From the NCBI GenBank assembly GCA_045536625.1, contig JAZSNY010000018.1:1-61414 (forward strand): 61,414 nt of DNA, written 5' to 3'. Source of the DNA: Candidatus Enterousia sp. (GTDB lineage: Bacteria > Pseudomonadota > Alphaproteobacteria > Rs-D84). How positions within the stretch are numbered: the first letter of the stretch is position 1; every line of letters starts with the position of its first letter. Of the stretch, positions 46,169 to 55,539 are shown piece by piece. The translations under genes were made by a program, and so were the position numbers. Below the pieces are notes generated by a model. It was not told the DNA's origin. It ran no database searches and worked only from the letters and a program-made list of their open reading frames with translations.

Positions 46169-47248
46169 TTAATTATTAAACAAAAAGTGGCAAATGTCGC
46201 CGGGTTGCATAATATAATCACGACCAACCAGGCGCATTTTTCCGGCATCTTTAACCGCAACTTCGCCACCCAGGGCGATAAAGTCAGCGGGTGAAATTAC
46301 TTCGGCACGGATGAATCCCTTTTCAAAATCGGTGTGAATTTTTCCCGCCGCCTGGGGGGCAGTCATACCGGTTGTAATGGTCCAGGCGTGTGCCTCTTTG
46401 GGGCCAATGGTATAATATGTTTGCAGGCCAAGCGTTCTGTATCCAGTTTTGATAACCTGGTCCAGGCCGGATTCTGATAACCCCAAATCATCCAGGAACA
46501 TTTTTCTTTCGTCCGGGTCAACAATTTGTGAAATTTCCATTTCTATTTTTGATGATATTACCAATACATCATTGGTTGATCCGAATTTTTCACGTACCAA
46601 ATCCGAATATTTATTTCCGGTGGCGGCGGATGCTTCGTCCACGTTGCAGACATAAATAACAGGTTTTGATGTCAGCAAATTAAACGGTGCGGATTCAACA
46701 TCACCCAGGCGCGCAGGAATTGATTTTTCCAAATTCGCCTTTATCGTATTTGCATCGGCCAATAATTTTATTGCATCTTTGTCCAAACCGCGGGCTTTCT
46801 TTTCCAGGTTTTTAATTTGTTTATCAATGCTTTCCAGGTCGGCCAACATTAATTCGGTTTCAATCGTTTCAATGTCTGATAATGGGTCAATTTTACCATG
46901 TACATGCACAATATCATCATTTTCAAAACAGCGAACAACATGAATAATCGCATCGGTTGATAAAATATTGCCCAGGAATTTATTCCCCAAACCTTCGCCC
47001 GTTGATGCACCACGAACCAAGCCCGCGATATCAACAATTTCAAGTTGGGTTGGCAAAATTTTCTGGGACCCGGCAACACGCGCCAATTCATGCAAGGTTG
47101 AATCCGGCACAACAACACGACCCGTATTTGGTTCGATTGTACAAAATGGATAATTTTGCGCATCGGCGGCGGCACTTTGTGTTAATGCATTAAACAGTGT
47201 TGATTTGCCAACATTGGGCAACCCAACAATACCACAGTTGAATCCCAT
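46169..47248 (-). CDS. ychF: Ribosome-binding ATPase YchF
   Basis: GIVGLPNVGKSTLFNALT, DIAGLV and a C-terminal TGS-like domain. 359 aa. Confidence 0.95.
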   Translation of the reverse strand: MGFNCGIVGLPNVGKSTLFNALTQSAAADAQNYPFCTIEPNTGRVVVPDSTLHELARVAGSQKILPTQLEIVDIAGLVRGASTGEGLGNKFLGNILSTDAIIHVVRCFENDDIVHVHGKIDPLSDIETIETELMLADLESIDKQIKNLEKKARGLDKDAIKLLADANTIKANLEKSIPARLGDVESAPFNLLTSKPVIYVCNVDEASAATGNKYSDLVREKFGSTNDVLVISSKIEMEISQIVDPDERKMFLDDLGLSESGLDQVIKTGYRTLGLQTYYTIGPKEAHAWTITTGMTAPQAAGKIHTDFEKGFIRAEVISPADFIALGGEVAVKDAGKMRLVGRDYIMQPGDICHFLFNN

Positions 47249-47275
47249 AATTAAATCCTTTATAATGTGTGTAAT

Positions 47276-47956
47276 ATGTCATACATGTGGAACGAATTCA
47301 ACATAAAAACTTTTGCAGCGGAAACTATCGTTTTCCGCGATGGGAAATATTGTCCCGATTTATCAACATTGGATTATGCGCCAATAAATAAAAATTTTGA
47401 TTTACCGGTTCATATTATTTACGTTGGTGAAATTGTGGGCGAAAATAATTTGGAAATTTCGGTCGGTGCGGAAAATCAACGGGTCTGTGTCAGTGTTGAT
47501 ATAAAAAATAATTTGCCGGCTTTTTTTAACATTTTTATTAAAAACGCCGGGAAAAATTCCGAAATTTTGGGTCATGTTAGACTGCAAAATAATTCGGAAT
47601 TAATTTATAACTGTGATGCGCAACACTTATACAAAAATACGGCTATTTTGATAAAAAATAAGATTTTGGCCGGGAAAAATTCAAATTCAAAATTAAGTGG
47701 TACCGCAATTATTAACAAGGATTGTGATAAATGCAAATCTGATATTGCTTTTTCGGCAATGGTGGATGCGGGCGCAAAAATTGAATTTTTGCCGGCACAA
47801 AATATTTCGGCAGAACCAATTTGTGCCGACCACAGCGCCGGTATCTATGCACCAAAGGAAAATCAAATTATATATCTGCGTGGGGCAGGATTAAGCGGGA
47901 CCGAAGTTGATGAAGTTTTACATGAAGCTTTTATGAATGATTTTGATTTATTTTAA
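47276..47956 (+). CDS. SufB/SufD-domain protein, short stand-alone form
   Basis: C-terminal ADHSAGIYAPKENQIIYLRGAGLSGTEVDEVLHEAF resembles the SufBD beta-helix end (..FYL.sRG..). No sufBC or sufS nearby. Start uncertain. Confidence 0.45.
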   Translation: MSYMWNEFNIKTFAAETIVFRDGKYCPDLSTLDYAPINKNFDLPVHIIYVGEIVGENNLEISVGAENQRVCVSVDIKNNLPAFFNIFIKNAGKNSEILGHVRLQNNSELIYNCDAQHLYKNTAILIKNKILAGKNSNSKLSGTAIINKDCDKCKSDIAFSAMVDAGAKIEFLPAQNISAEPICADHSAGIYAPKENQIIYLRGAGLSGTEVDEVLHEAFMNDFDLF

Positions 47957-47984
47957 AAAACACCGGAATTTACCGGTGTTTTTT
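47955..47984. terminator. Stereotyped bidirectional terminator
   Basis: AAAAAA-CACCGG-aattta-CCGGTG-TTTTTT. Confidence 0.7.
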
Positions 47985-48597
47985 AATTGTAACACGAAAA
48001 TAATTCCGCATTATTTTCATTATTGTCAATTTGCTGATTTCTGATTTCTTGGGCTGCATTTATTTTTTGTGATAATAACATTAAATCTGGATGCGATATA
48101 AATTCAGAATTTAAAACCTCGACTGCGGTGTCCACATCTGTTTTTGATTCAATAAAAATTGGCATTACAGAATCGGCCGCCGTATATAGCGATTGATGAA
48201 TATCAGATTTAAATTCAGTCATTATCCCCAGGTAAGCATCAATATGTTTATCTTCGTGATGCAATACCGCATTATATGCACATGAATTCTGTTCATATTC
48301 TATATCAATATTTACAATAAAATTGTCATATCCGATGGTTGCATCAATCCCCTTTAACGATATACAATATCCATTTTCAACCGGTAAAACATCAATTATC
48401 AGCTCATAATTATTAACAAGGTTTGCTTTGACATTACCGTGTAAATTTTCCATTGGGACGGGCGGTTGAACAATTTTCTTTTCCCAATTTGGTGTATCAA
48501 CCAAGACATTTGGATTTTTTTTGTATTCTAAACAATCATCACAAAATGCCGGCGTGATGTATATTAACGATAAAAATATCATTAATGTTTTTAACAT
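47983..48597 (-). CDS. Secreted protein with HExxH motif, downstream of virB4
   Basis: Signal peptide MLKTLMIFLSLIYITPAFC, an LHHEDKHIDAY (HEDKH) motif, and a 4-nt gap to the virB4 stop. Possibly a DUF922-type Zn-peptidase (from memory, untested). Confidence 0.3.
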   Translation of the reverse strand: MLKTLMIFLSLIYITPAFCDDCLEYKKNPNVLVDTPNWEKKIVQPPVPMENLHGNVKANLVNNYELIIDVLPVENGYCISLKGIDATIGYDNFIVNIDIEYEQNSCAYNAVLHHEDKHIDAYLGIMTEFKSDIHQSLYTAADSVMPIFIESKTDVDTAVEVLNSEFISHPDLMLLSQKINAAQEIRNQQIDNNENNAELFSCYN

Positions 48598-48600
48598 TTA

Positions 48601-51030
48601 TTAACCCAAGGCGCCCTGGCGCTTTAAATATTCACCAACAAAATTATTTCCGTACATTTTGTATAGTTCTTCGGCCAATAATACAGAGGAACGTCCCGAT
48701 TCAAACAAGCGCAACATATTACCCAATCCACCAAGTTCCGTATTTAATATAACCGATTCACCATTTACCGGACGGGATAATAATACCGCGCGCTTTAAAT
48801 TCGGGTATGCCTTGCCCTGGATAAAGGCCATTTCAAGCGGGTTTAAGTTCCAATGTACATAATCATTGCTGTCGGCCGCAGGATTGCGAAAGAACATAAC
48901 CGTTTGGGCCTGACCACGGACAACATCACCAATGCCAAGTTTATCCAAAATATTTGCACGTTGGAATGCGACCATATAAGCTTGGCGATTTTTACGTCCC
49001 TCTTGCAGGCCGGCAATAAAATTGTCGCGGAACATTTTGTTTTCCAACATCGGTGCTGTTTCGTCAATCATAATTAGCGACGGATTTCCACCAGATACTG
49101 TTATATTATTAATTCGATGTAATATATATGATATAACCGCCGGCGCCAGGGTTTCATCCTGTAATATATCCGTAAAATCAAAAGTTGTTAAACGTGAGTG
49201 TAAATCCAATGTATCGGATGCTTCGTTAAACATATCGCCATATTGTAACGGATCAACCCACTTTTTAAGGGCAGGGCGCATGTTACCATTTGATGAAAAA
49301 CAACTTTCCCACAGATTCTTTAACAGACGGTCTTGGTCAGATAAATAATCAAAATTAACAGATACCGCACGGGCAATTTCATCGGCCGAATTCGCATCGG
49401 ATTGCCCCGATATTATCGCAAACCAACGACGTAAAAATGCGCGATTTGCCGCCGTGTCCGGCATCTTTAACGGATTTAGACGTGTCATAAAACTTTGTGC
49501 CATTGGGTCGGTATTTTTTTCTTTGCCCTGCATGGTGATATATTTACCACCAACCGCCATGGTAAATATTTCCGCGCCTTTGTTTCGGTCAAAGAAAAAT
49601 GCCTTTAATTTCGGATGACGCAGGGATTGCGCAATCAAGAACGAAAATAACGTTGTCTTACCACCACCGGTCGGTCCAATCGTCATAGTGTGACCAACCG
49701 CCGCCGGTTTGTCCGATACATGAAACTGAAATTGATATGGGGTGCCCTGGGCCGTGGGAAATACAACCAAGGGGCCGGGACCCCAATCGGAATTTGCAAC
49801 ACCACGTGGTTGGGTCGACATTGGTATTGATATTGCCGCCGTGCGGGATAATAATTTAAAACTGCGTGGAAATACATCAAATCCGGGTATTTGTGCAAAC
49901 CAAGAAACCTTGGACGCAAAGGTTTCAACAATCGGGGATATACCAAATGATGCAGATATCTTTTTAAATTCGTCAATATGTTTTTGCAAAGCCTCGCGGG
50001 TTGGGGCAAACAATATGAATAATGGATAATAATTTACCAACGTTTGGTTGCCAGATATATTTTCATCCATTGCCGTCTGAACCGCAGATATTTGATCTTC
50101 GGTTGAATCCTTGGATTCTTCGTCGGCGGTTGAGCGGCGTTGACGTATCGTTTTTTCAATATCAGTTGCACCCATTATTCCAAAGCCGTTCATACATATC
50201 ATTTCGGTTTGGATTGTATGGACTGTATCAAAAAATTCTTCGTCCAGATAATCAGGCGATATCTTAAATGAAAGACATGCTGCGAACGATTGTTTGCCAC
50301 CACTGATATAACGAACAATACCATCGCGCATAAATTCTACATCATCAACCGTTGTCAAATTTGCAATATTGTTATCGGCCGTTTTTGGAGACGGTTTTGA
50401 TATGGGAGATAATATGCGCCCAAAGAAACGTGCCATATTGTCAGGTGTATTATTTTTTAATACACGTGGTTTATATGCCGCCAATATGGATTCTATGTAA
50501 TTACCGTATTGATTTAACTTTGCCCGCGCGTCCGGACCAGATACTGATAATACAATATAATAACTGTTTAAAAATATCTTTAATCCCTGGCCCTGCCATT
50601 TATTATAAATTTGCTGTAATACAGGTTGGTCAAATTCATATTTTAAATTTTCATCGGCCGCATCGCGAACTGTATAAAAACGTAAAACCGTGCCGCGATC
50701 GCGAATTTGATTGAATAACTGGGCCCGAAGTTCCAAAAATTTAGCCTTGGTGTCATTGTCCTGCATACTGGTCTGGATGCCGGAAACACGATATACGCGT
50801 ATCAAAGAACCGTCCGTTAATGACATAGAATTGTCATTATATACCGTCTTGAATGGCAGGTAATTTGCATATTTGGCATAACCAAAGCGTGGAAATATTT
50901 TTCGTGTAAATGTCGGTATGTATATTATTAATACAATAAATAGTAACAGTACAAGCAATACCATAACCGTCACAGTTATTGGAAAACCGGTGCCCGCAAA
51001 ATAATTAAAAATATCTGAAAAATTTGTCAT
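48601..51030 (-). CDS. virB4: Type IV secretion system ATPase VirB4
   Basis: 809 aa, Walker A GPTGGGKTT, Walker B-like SLIMIDE, overlaps virB3 by 4 nt. Confidence 0.92.
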   Translation of the reverse strand: MTNFSDIFNYFAGTGFPITVTVMVLLVLLLFIVLIIYIPTFTRKIFPRFGYAKYANYLPFKTVYNDNSMSLTDGSLIRVYRVSGIQTSMQDNDTKAKFLELRAQLFNQIRDRGTVLRFYTVRDAADENLKYEFDQPVLQQIYNKWQGQGLKIFLNSYYIVLSVSGPDARAKLNQYGNYIESILAAYKPRVLKNNTPDNMARFFGRILSPISKPSPKTADNNIANLTTVDDVEFMRDGIVRYISGGKQSFAACLSFKISPDYLDEEFFDTVHTIQTEMICMNGFGIMGATDIEKTIRQRRSTADEESKDSTEDQISAVQTAMDENISGNQTLVNYYPLFILFAPTREALQKHIDEFKKISASFGISPIVETFASKVSWFAQIPGFDVFPRSFKLLSRTAAISIPMSTQPRGVANSDWGPGPLVVFPTAQGTPYQFQFHVSDKPAAVGHTMTIGPTGGGKTTLFSFLIAQSLRHPKLKAFFFDRNKGAEIFTMAVGGKYITMQGKEKNTDPMAQSFMTRLNPLKMPDTAANRAFLRRWFAIISGQSDANSADEIARAVSVNFDYLSDQDRLLKNLWESCFSSNGNMRPALKKWVDPLQYGDMFNEASDTLDLHSRLTTFDFTDILQDETLAPAVISYILHRINNITVSGGNPSLIMIDETAPMLENKMFRDNFIAGLQEGRKNRQAYMVAFQRANILDKLGIGDVVRGQAQTVMFFRNPAADSNDYVHWNLNPLEMAFIQGKAYPNLKRAVLLSRPVNGESVILNTELGGLGNMLRLFESGRSSVLLAEELYKMYGNNFVGEYLKRQGALG

Positions 51031-51317
51031 GCCGCTAACTTCCCCGGAATCTTCTTTTTAAATAATTGTAATTTTGCGGTTACAATCTGGCCCAGTTGGG
51101 GGTCACGTCGTGAAAATATCGCAATTATAGAGTGTACCGCAATAACAGATAACAGGAAAAACAAAGGATTTATAGCAACCCCAGTTGTAATTAATGTTAC
51201 AATAAAAATAACAATAAATACAATAAACTGAATCGCAAAATTTAATATAGCAAGCGAATACGGCACATAAAATATGTGCGATGGATTGGCCAATGCTTTT
51301 AATACCTGCTGTTTCAT
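51027..51317 (-). CDS. virB3: Type IV secretion system protein VirB3
   Basis: 96 aa with two hydrophobic helices, N-terminal LKALANPSHIFYVPY (VirB3-like L..al.rp..i.GVp), translationally coupled to virB4. Confidence 0.7.
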   Translation of the reverse strand: MKQQVLKALANPSHIFYVPYSLAILNFAIQFIVFIVIFIVTLITTGVAINPLFFLLSVIAVHSIIAIFSRRDPQLGQIVTAKLQLFKKKIPGKLAA

Positions 51318-51389
51318 TTCCCCCGTCCTGTTGATTAATTATATCATTTTTAACATTTTTCAACAAGGAGGAAAACACAGACCCGAAAA

Positions 51390-51506
51390 TTGTTAAAATT
51401 GTTAAAAAGCAGCTGCGTTTTCAACTGTTAATTATAGCAGGTGATTTATTAACAAAAAAATTTAACCGCTTAAAATCCGCCTTTTTTTTGTTAAAAAACT
51501 GTTAAT
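51390..51506. promoter_or_regulatory. AT-rich repeat-dense divergent control region (virB3 / rpmJ)
   Basis: TTGTTAAAA occurs three times (51390-98 and 51399-407 in tandem, plus 51488-96). ACTGTTAAT occurs twice (51424-32, 51498-506). One TTAA-N7-TTAA lies at 51491-51505. Confidence 0.3.
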
Positions 51507-51626
51507 TTAAAGTTTAAAAAAGTTTTCAACAATTTCAACAACCCCTACTAAAACAACAATAATTAATATTATTATTTGATTTTTCAAAAAATATGTTTAT
51601 AATCGCTTTGTAAAAAGGATAACGAT

Positions 51627-51761
51627 ATGAAATTTTTAAGTTCTTTAAAGGCTTGGAAAAAACGCGGTAATGTAAAACAAATCCGTCGTGGTAAACAAGT
51701 TATCTTGATTGACCCTGATAATCCAAAGTTTAAAGCAAAACAGGGCTTTAAGAAAAAATAA
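51627..51761 (+). CDS. rpmJ: 50S ribosomal protein L36 (long alpha-type, non-zinc form)
   Basis: 44 aa, MKFLSSLKAWKKRGNVKQIRRGKQVILIDPDNPKFKAKQGFKKK. SD AAGGA lies 8 nt upstream. Below the ORF-track size cutoff. Confidence 0.85.
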   Translation: MKFLSSLKAWKKRGNVKQIRRGKQVILIDPDNPKFKAKQGFKKK

Positions 51762-51786
51762 AAAATCCGGCAATCGCCGGTTTTTA
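51761..51786. terminator. Stereotyped bidirectional terminator
   Basis: AAAAAT-CCGGC-aatc-GCCGG-TTTTT. Confidence 0.7.
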
Positions 51787-51788
51787 TT

Positions 51789-52376
51789 TTAAAATGTATA
51801 TCGAAAACCGATCGAAAATTCATTTATGTTTTGTATCATGTCCAGATTTACCGGGGCGTATTTATATTGAATCAGGGCTGATACATTGTCATATGGAAAT
51901 GTAAACATTAATCCAATTCCCAGGCGGGTTGTTACGCGATTTTCCGATATTTTGTCAGATGTGCTTTCAAATACATTTATATAGTCGTATTCATCGTAAA
52001 AGTTATAGTTTGCAACGCCAAATGTGGTAAAAAAGTCAAAATCTGGACTTATTTTATAATAACCATAGATATCAAAACCATACCCCATGTAATAAACTTC
52101 GTGGTTGATTGTTTCGTATGTTGATGTTAAATCCAGGGTGTTATTGCCAGAATGAGTAAAGAAAAATTCCAGGCCAAAATTTGAACCAATTCGGGCGCCG
52201 GCGTTTATTGTTGCAGAATAGTATTGTTCATCCATATCGGTTTTTATGGTGTAATCAACGATATTTAATCCGGCATTAATACCAATATATGGACGGAAAT
52301 TGTTATTGTATGTGTATATACCACCAAAACCGGACAGTGGAAATAATAACACTATAAAAATAAATAATTTTTTCAT
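51789..52376 (-). CDS. Small outer-membrane beta-barrel protein (OmpA-beta/OmpW-like, 8-strand class)
   Basis: Signal peptide, alternating aromatic/glycine strands, terminal GFRYTF. Confidence 0.6.
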   Translation of the reverse strand: MKKLFIFIVLLFPLSGFGGIYTYNNNFRPYIGINAGLNIVDYTIKTDMDEQYYSATINAGARIGSNFGLEFFFTHSGNNTLDLTSTYETINHEVYYMGYGFDIYGYYKISPDFDFFTTFGVANYNFYDEYDYINVFESTSDKISENRVTTRLGIGLMFTFPYDNVSALIQYKYAPVNLDMIQNINEFSIGFRYTF

Positions 52377-52493
52377 TGTATATCCCCGTTTACTGTTTTA
52401 ATTATAGCATTTTTTTTATTTTTGATAAAGGGGGGAAATATCCAGATTGTAAAAAGAAAAACATCCACATGGGATGTTTTTTTCATTGAATCT

Positions 52494-52514
52494 TGGTTGC
52501 GGGGAATGGATTTG
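52494..52514 (-). repeat. 21-nt exact copy of the tRNA-fMet 3' end (att-like scar or pseudo-tRNA remnant)
   Basis: TGGTTGCGGGGAATGGATTTG is identical to 52670-52690. Each copy is followed (minus sense) by a hairpin plus U-run. Confidence 0.6.
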
Positions 52515-52669
52515 GCTACGCTCCATCTGCGCGAATCAACCGTTGGTTGACCGGCATACTGCCGTCTGCCTTTCGCTGGCTGTGAACCATCTTACCCCAA
52601 TGGTTCAAATTCAACACAACACACGTTAAATAAAAAATGCATCACAAGGATGCATTCTTTATTTAAAAC

Positions 52670-52746
<77 letters not shown>

Positions 52747-52890
52747 ATAAGGTGTGTGTATTATATATTATTTATATTTATAGTCAAATAAAAAAATTCT
52801 TTTTTTTGTTTTTTTGCTTTTTCCTAGTCTTTCTTGAATTATTTCTTTTTTATTGCTAAGATTCTGGGGATTTAAGAAAAAAGGCATATT

Positions 52891-53676
52891 GTGTTTCAAA
52901 ACAAGACGTTTAGAAAAATATGGAAGGGCTTTTGGGAGCCGATTTTGCATTTGGGGATTTTTCAATGGATTGTTGCCGTGATTATGGCGATTCCTATTTG
53001 GTTTGTGTATTTTACATCTATAAAAAAAATTACAAATATCAATGTATTCTATGAGTATCGTAAAAAACCGGCGATTTTTGTTTTTTGGCATGGCCGGTCT
53101 ATGATGTTAAGTCCTATTATTTGTTTGGGGGGGATGCGGGCCTATGCGGTGGCCAGTCGTCACAAAGATGGGCGTATGATGGCAAAATTACAGCATTTAT
53201 TTGGATTGCGTGCGATTTATGGTTCTTCGCATCGTGGGGGGGTGTCAGTATTACGTGAAGGGTTACGGGTTTTGTCGCGTGGTGATCATGGAATTTGTAT
53301 GTCGCCAGATGGACCGGGTGGGCCGTCGTTGCGTGTACAAGATGGGGCTTTGTATTTTGCAAAAATGTCGGGGGCGCCAATTATTCCGGTGTGTTATACG
53401 ACTTCGCGGGCATGGTTCCAAAAAAGATGGGACAGGTATTTGGTGGCGTTGCCTTTTTCAAAAATTGTGTGCAATATTGGAAATCCGGTATTTGTTCCGC
53501 GCAGGGCAACAGATGCGGAATTTGAAAAAATTCGTGCTGATTTGGAAAAATTTATGGTCGCGCAAATGCGTGAATTGGATGCGGAATTTGATTATCCGCC
53601 CGTCGAACAGGATTTGACCGCGTCTGAATTTAAGAAAAAATTGCGTGAAGAGAAAACAAGAAAAAAATCTAGGTAA
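52891..53676 (+). CDS. DUF374 / lysophospholipid-acyltransferase-like protein
   Basis: FVFWHGR...SRHKDGR...GGVSVLREGL...SPDGPGGP pattern. Upstream of lpxK, as is common in alphaproteobacteria. GTG start. Confidence 0.65.
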   Translation: MFQNKTFRKIWKGFWEPILHLGIFQWIVAVIMAIPIWFVYFTSIKKITNINVFYEYRKKPAIFVFWHGRSMMLSPIICLGGMRAYAVASRHKDGRMMAKLQHLFGLRAIYGSSHRGGVSVLREGLRVLSRGDHGICMSPDGPGGPSLRVQDGALYFAKMSGAPIIPVCYTTSRAWFQKRWDRYLVALPFSKIVCNIGNPVFVPRRATDAEFEKIRADLEKFMVAQMRELDAEFDYPPVEQDLTASEFKKKLREEKTRKKSR

Positions 53677-53686
53677 GGTTTTGTTT

Positions 53687-54589
53687 ATGAAAACACCAAA
53701 ATGGTTTTTAAAGAAGAATTTATTTTCGGTTTTATTAATCCCTGTGTCTTGGGTTTATTATGTTTTTAGCAGATTGGTATTTTATGTGCGGCGTTCGGGG
53801 GCAATGAAATCACGCAGAAAGATTATCTGTGTTGGTAATATCTTAACAGGTGGGGTTGGTAAAACACCAATTGTTAAACAAATAGCAAGCTATTTTGATG
53901 CACCAGTCGTTATGCGTGGTTATAAAAAAAGTAAAAATACTAATAATGTAGGTGACGAGGCAACTATGTTGGCGCGGGCCGGTTTGGCCGTGCATGTTGG
54001 GGACAGAAAAAGTAATATAATTTTGTTGAATAATCAAAATGATGCGGTTGGTCCGATTGTTATGGATGATGGTTTGCAAAATCCAACCATTGCCAAGGAT
54101 GTGTCTATAATTGTTTTTGATCAGGGTATAGGATATGGAAATGGATTTTTGTTACCGGCGGGGCCTTTGCGGACACCGAAAAAAAGTGCAGGTAAGGCAG
54201 ATGCGATAATTGTTATTCGTAACCAAACACCAAAAAAGAATTTTAAATTACCGAAAAATGTACCGGTCTTTTATGCGGATAATAAAACAATTTCACCGTA
54301 TGATGATACTCAAAAATTAGTTGCCTTTGCAGGAATTGGATATCCGGGAAAATTTTTTAAGTCTTTGAATAATGTCGTGGCGGTGCGTGCGTTTGCTGAT
54401 CATTATCAGTATACGGACGAGGATATAAAAAAATTGTTTGAATTGGCAAAAAAACATAATGCAAAATTGATTACAACCGAAAAAGATTGGGTGCGTTTGC
54501 CTGTGCAAATTCGTGATGAAATAAAATATGCAAAACTGGATACGGTTATAGAAAATAGATTTTGGGACTGGTTAAAGGAGAAATTATAA
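53687..54589 (+). CDS. lpxK: Tetraacyldisaccharide 4'-kinase
   Basis: P-loop VGNILTGGVGKTPIV. Start set at the ATG at 53687, after the upstream stop. Confidence 0.9.
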   Translation: MKTPKWFLKKNLFSVLLIPVSWVYYVFSRLVFYVRRSGAMKSRRKIICVGNILTGGVGKTPIVKQIASYFDAPVVMRGYKKSKNTNNVGDEATMLARAGLAVHVGDRKSNIILLNNQNDAVGPIVMDDGLQNPTIAKDVSIIVFDQGIGYGNGFLLPAGPLRTPKKSAGKADAIIVIRNQTPKKNFKLPKNVPVFYADNKTISPYDDTQKLVAFAGIGYPGKFFKSLNNVVAVRAFADHYQYTDEDIKKLFELAKKHNAKLITTEKDWVRLPVQIRDEIKYAKLDTVIENRFWDWLKEKL

Positions 54590-55530
54590 TGGCTACTTTT
54601 AAAAATTCGATATGTATTTCGGGTGTTGGAATTCATTCGGGAAACGTGGTTAATGTTGTGGTAAGACCGTCCGATAAGTATGGAATCTTTTGGCGACGTA
54701 TGGATATGCAAAATACGGATTTAATACCGGCGATGTTTGATAATGTTGGTGAAACAAAAATGCGTAATACCACAATAGGTAAAATGTCGGGTGCACATGT
54801 TCAAACGGTGGAGCATTTGATGGCGGCACTGTTTATGGTTGGGGTGGACAGTGCAATTATTGAAATAGATGGTGCGGAAACCCCGATTTTAGATGGTAGT
54901 GCGGCAGAATTTATCAAGGCCTTTGAACAGGCGGGGGTGACAAAAGGGGAGGTAAAAAAGATTATTGTCAAGCGTCCTGTTATTGCATATGCGCATGAGG
55001 TATTAAAACAATTACCGTGGTTTGTCAGGTTAAAGTTATGGATTGTTAATAGAATTACGGGACGAAAATCGGATGGTTTTGTTAGTTTGAAACCAAATAA
55101 GGGTGATTCTTTGGATATTAAGGCAACATTGGTTTATCCAGAAAAAATTATAGGGACACAATCTTATACTTATTCTTATGATGGAACAAAAAAGTCAGTT
55201 AGGGACTTTGTTGAAAATGTGGCAAGGGCACGTACCTTTGGCAAGTATTCCGAGTGGGAATATCTGAAAAAACGTGGTATGGGGCGTGGGGCAAGTGAAA
55301 AAAATGTTATTGCCTTGAATGATGCGGGTGATGCGACAATTAATCCGACAATTTGGCCGGATGAGTTTGTACGACATAAAATTGTAGATGCCATCGGTGA
55401 TATGTTTACCAGTGGGGGGATGATTTGTGGTAATATGGAATCTTATAAAGGTAGTCATGCGTTAAATAATATAGTGTTGAAAAAATTGTTCAGTGACCCA
55501 GAAAATTATGATATAATTGATGCAAAATAA
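54589..55530 (+). CDS. lpxC: UDP-3-O-acyl-GlcNAc deacetylase
   Basis: GVGIHSG, TVEHLMAAL and HKIVDAIGD motifs. Start overlaps the lpxK stop (TAATG). Confidence 0.93.
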   Translation: MATFKNSICISGVGIHSGNVVNVVVRPSDKYGIFWRRMDMQNTDLIPAMFDNVGETKMRNTTIGKMSGAHVQTVEHLMAALFMVGVDSAIIEIDGAETPILDGSAAEFIKAFEQAGVTKGEVKKIIVKRPVIAYAHEVLKQLPWFVRLKLWIVNRITGRKSDGFVSLKPNKGDSLDIKATLVYPEKIIGTQSYTYSYDGTKKSVRDFVENVARARTFGKYSEWEYLKKRGMGRGASEKNVIALNDAGDATINPTIWPDEFVRHKIVDAIGDMFTSGGMICGNMESYKGSHALNNIVLKKLFSDPENYDIIDAK

Positions 55531-55539
55531 AATAAAGGA

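Noticed and set aside
51318-51626. virB2-like pilin gene upstream of virB3
   Set aside because: There is no minus-strand ORF with a signal peptide and two hydrophobic helices. Only the overlapping-frame ORF 51103-51378 appears, and that looks spurious.
51584-51823. 79-aa minus-strand ORF, plus the 52768-53091 (-) and 46007-46294 (+) ORFs
   Set aside because: The first is antisense to the well-supported rpmJ. The others lie in AT-rich intergenic or terminator regions, have homopolymer-driven composition and have no SD.
52494-52669. Possible two-piece (permuted) alphaproteobacterial tmRNA, because a tRNA-like 3' end with CCA is followed by structured sequence
   Set aside because: The acceptor end is an exact copy of tRNA-fMet (CCCCGCAACCA), not the Ala-type end with G3:U70. 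I could find no tag-peptide reading frame ending in the usual ..AA-stop, nor the 5' GGGGCUG-type partner strand.
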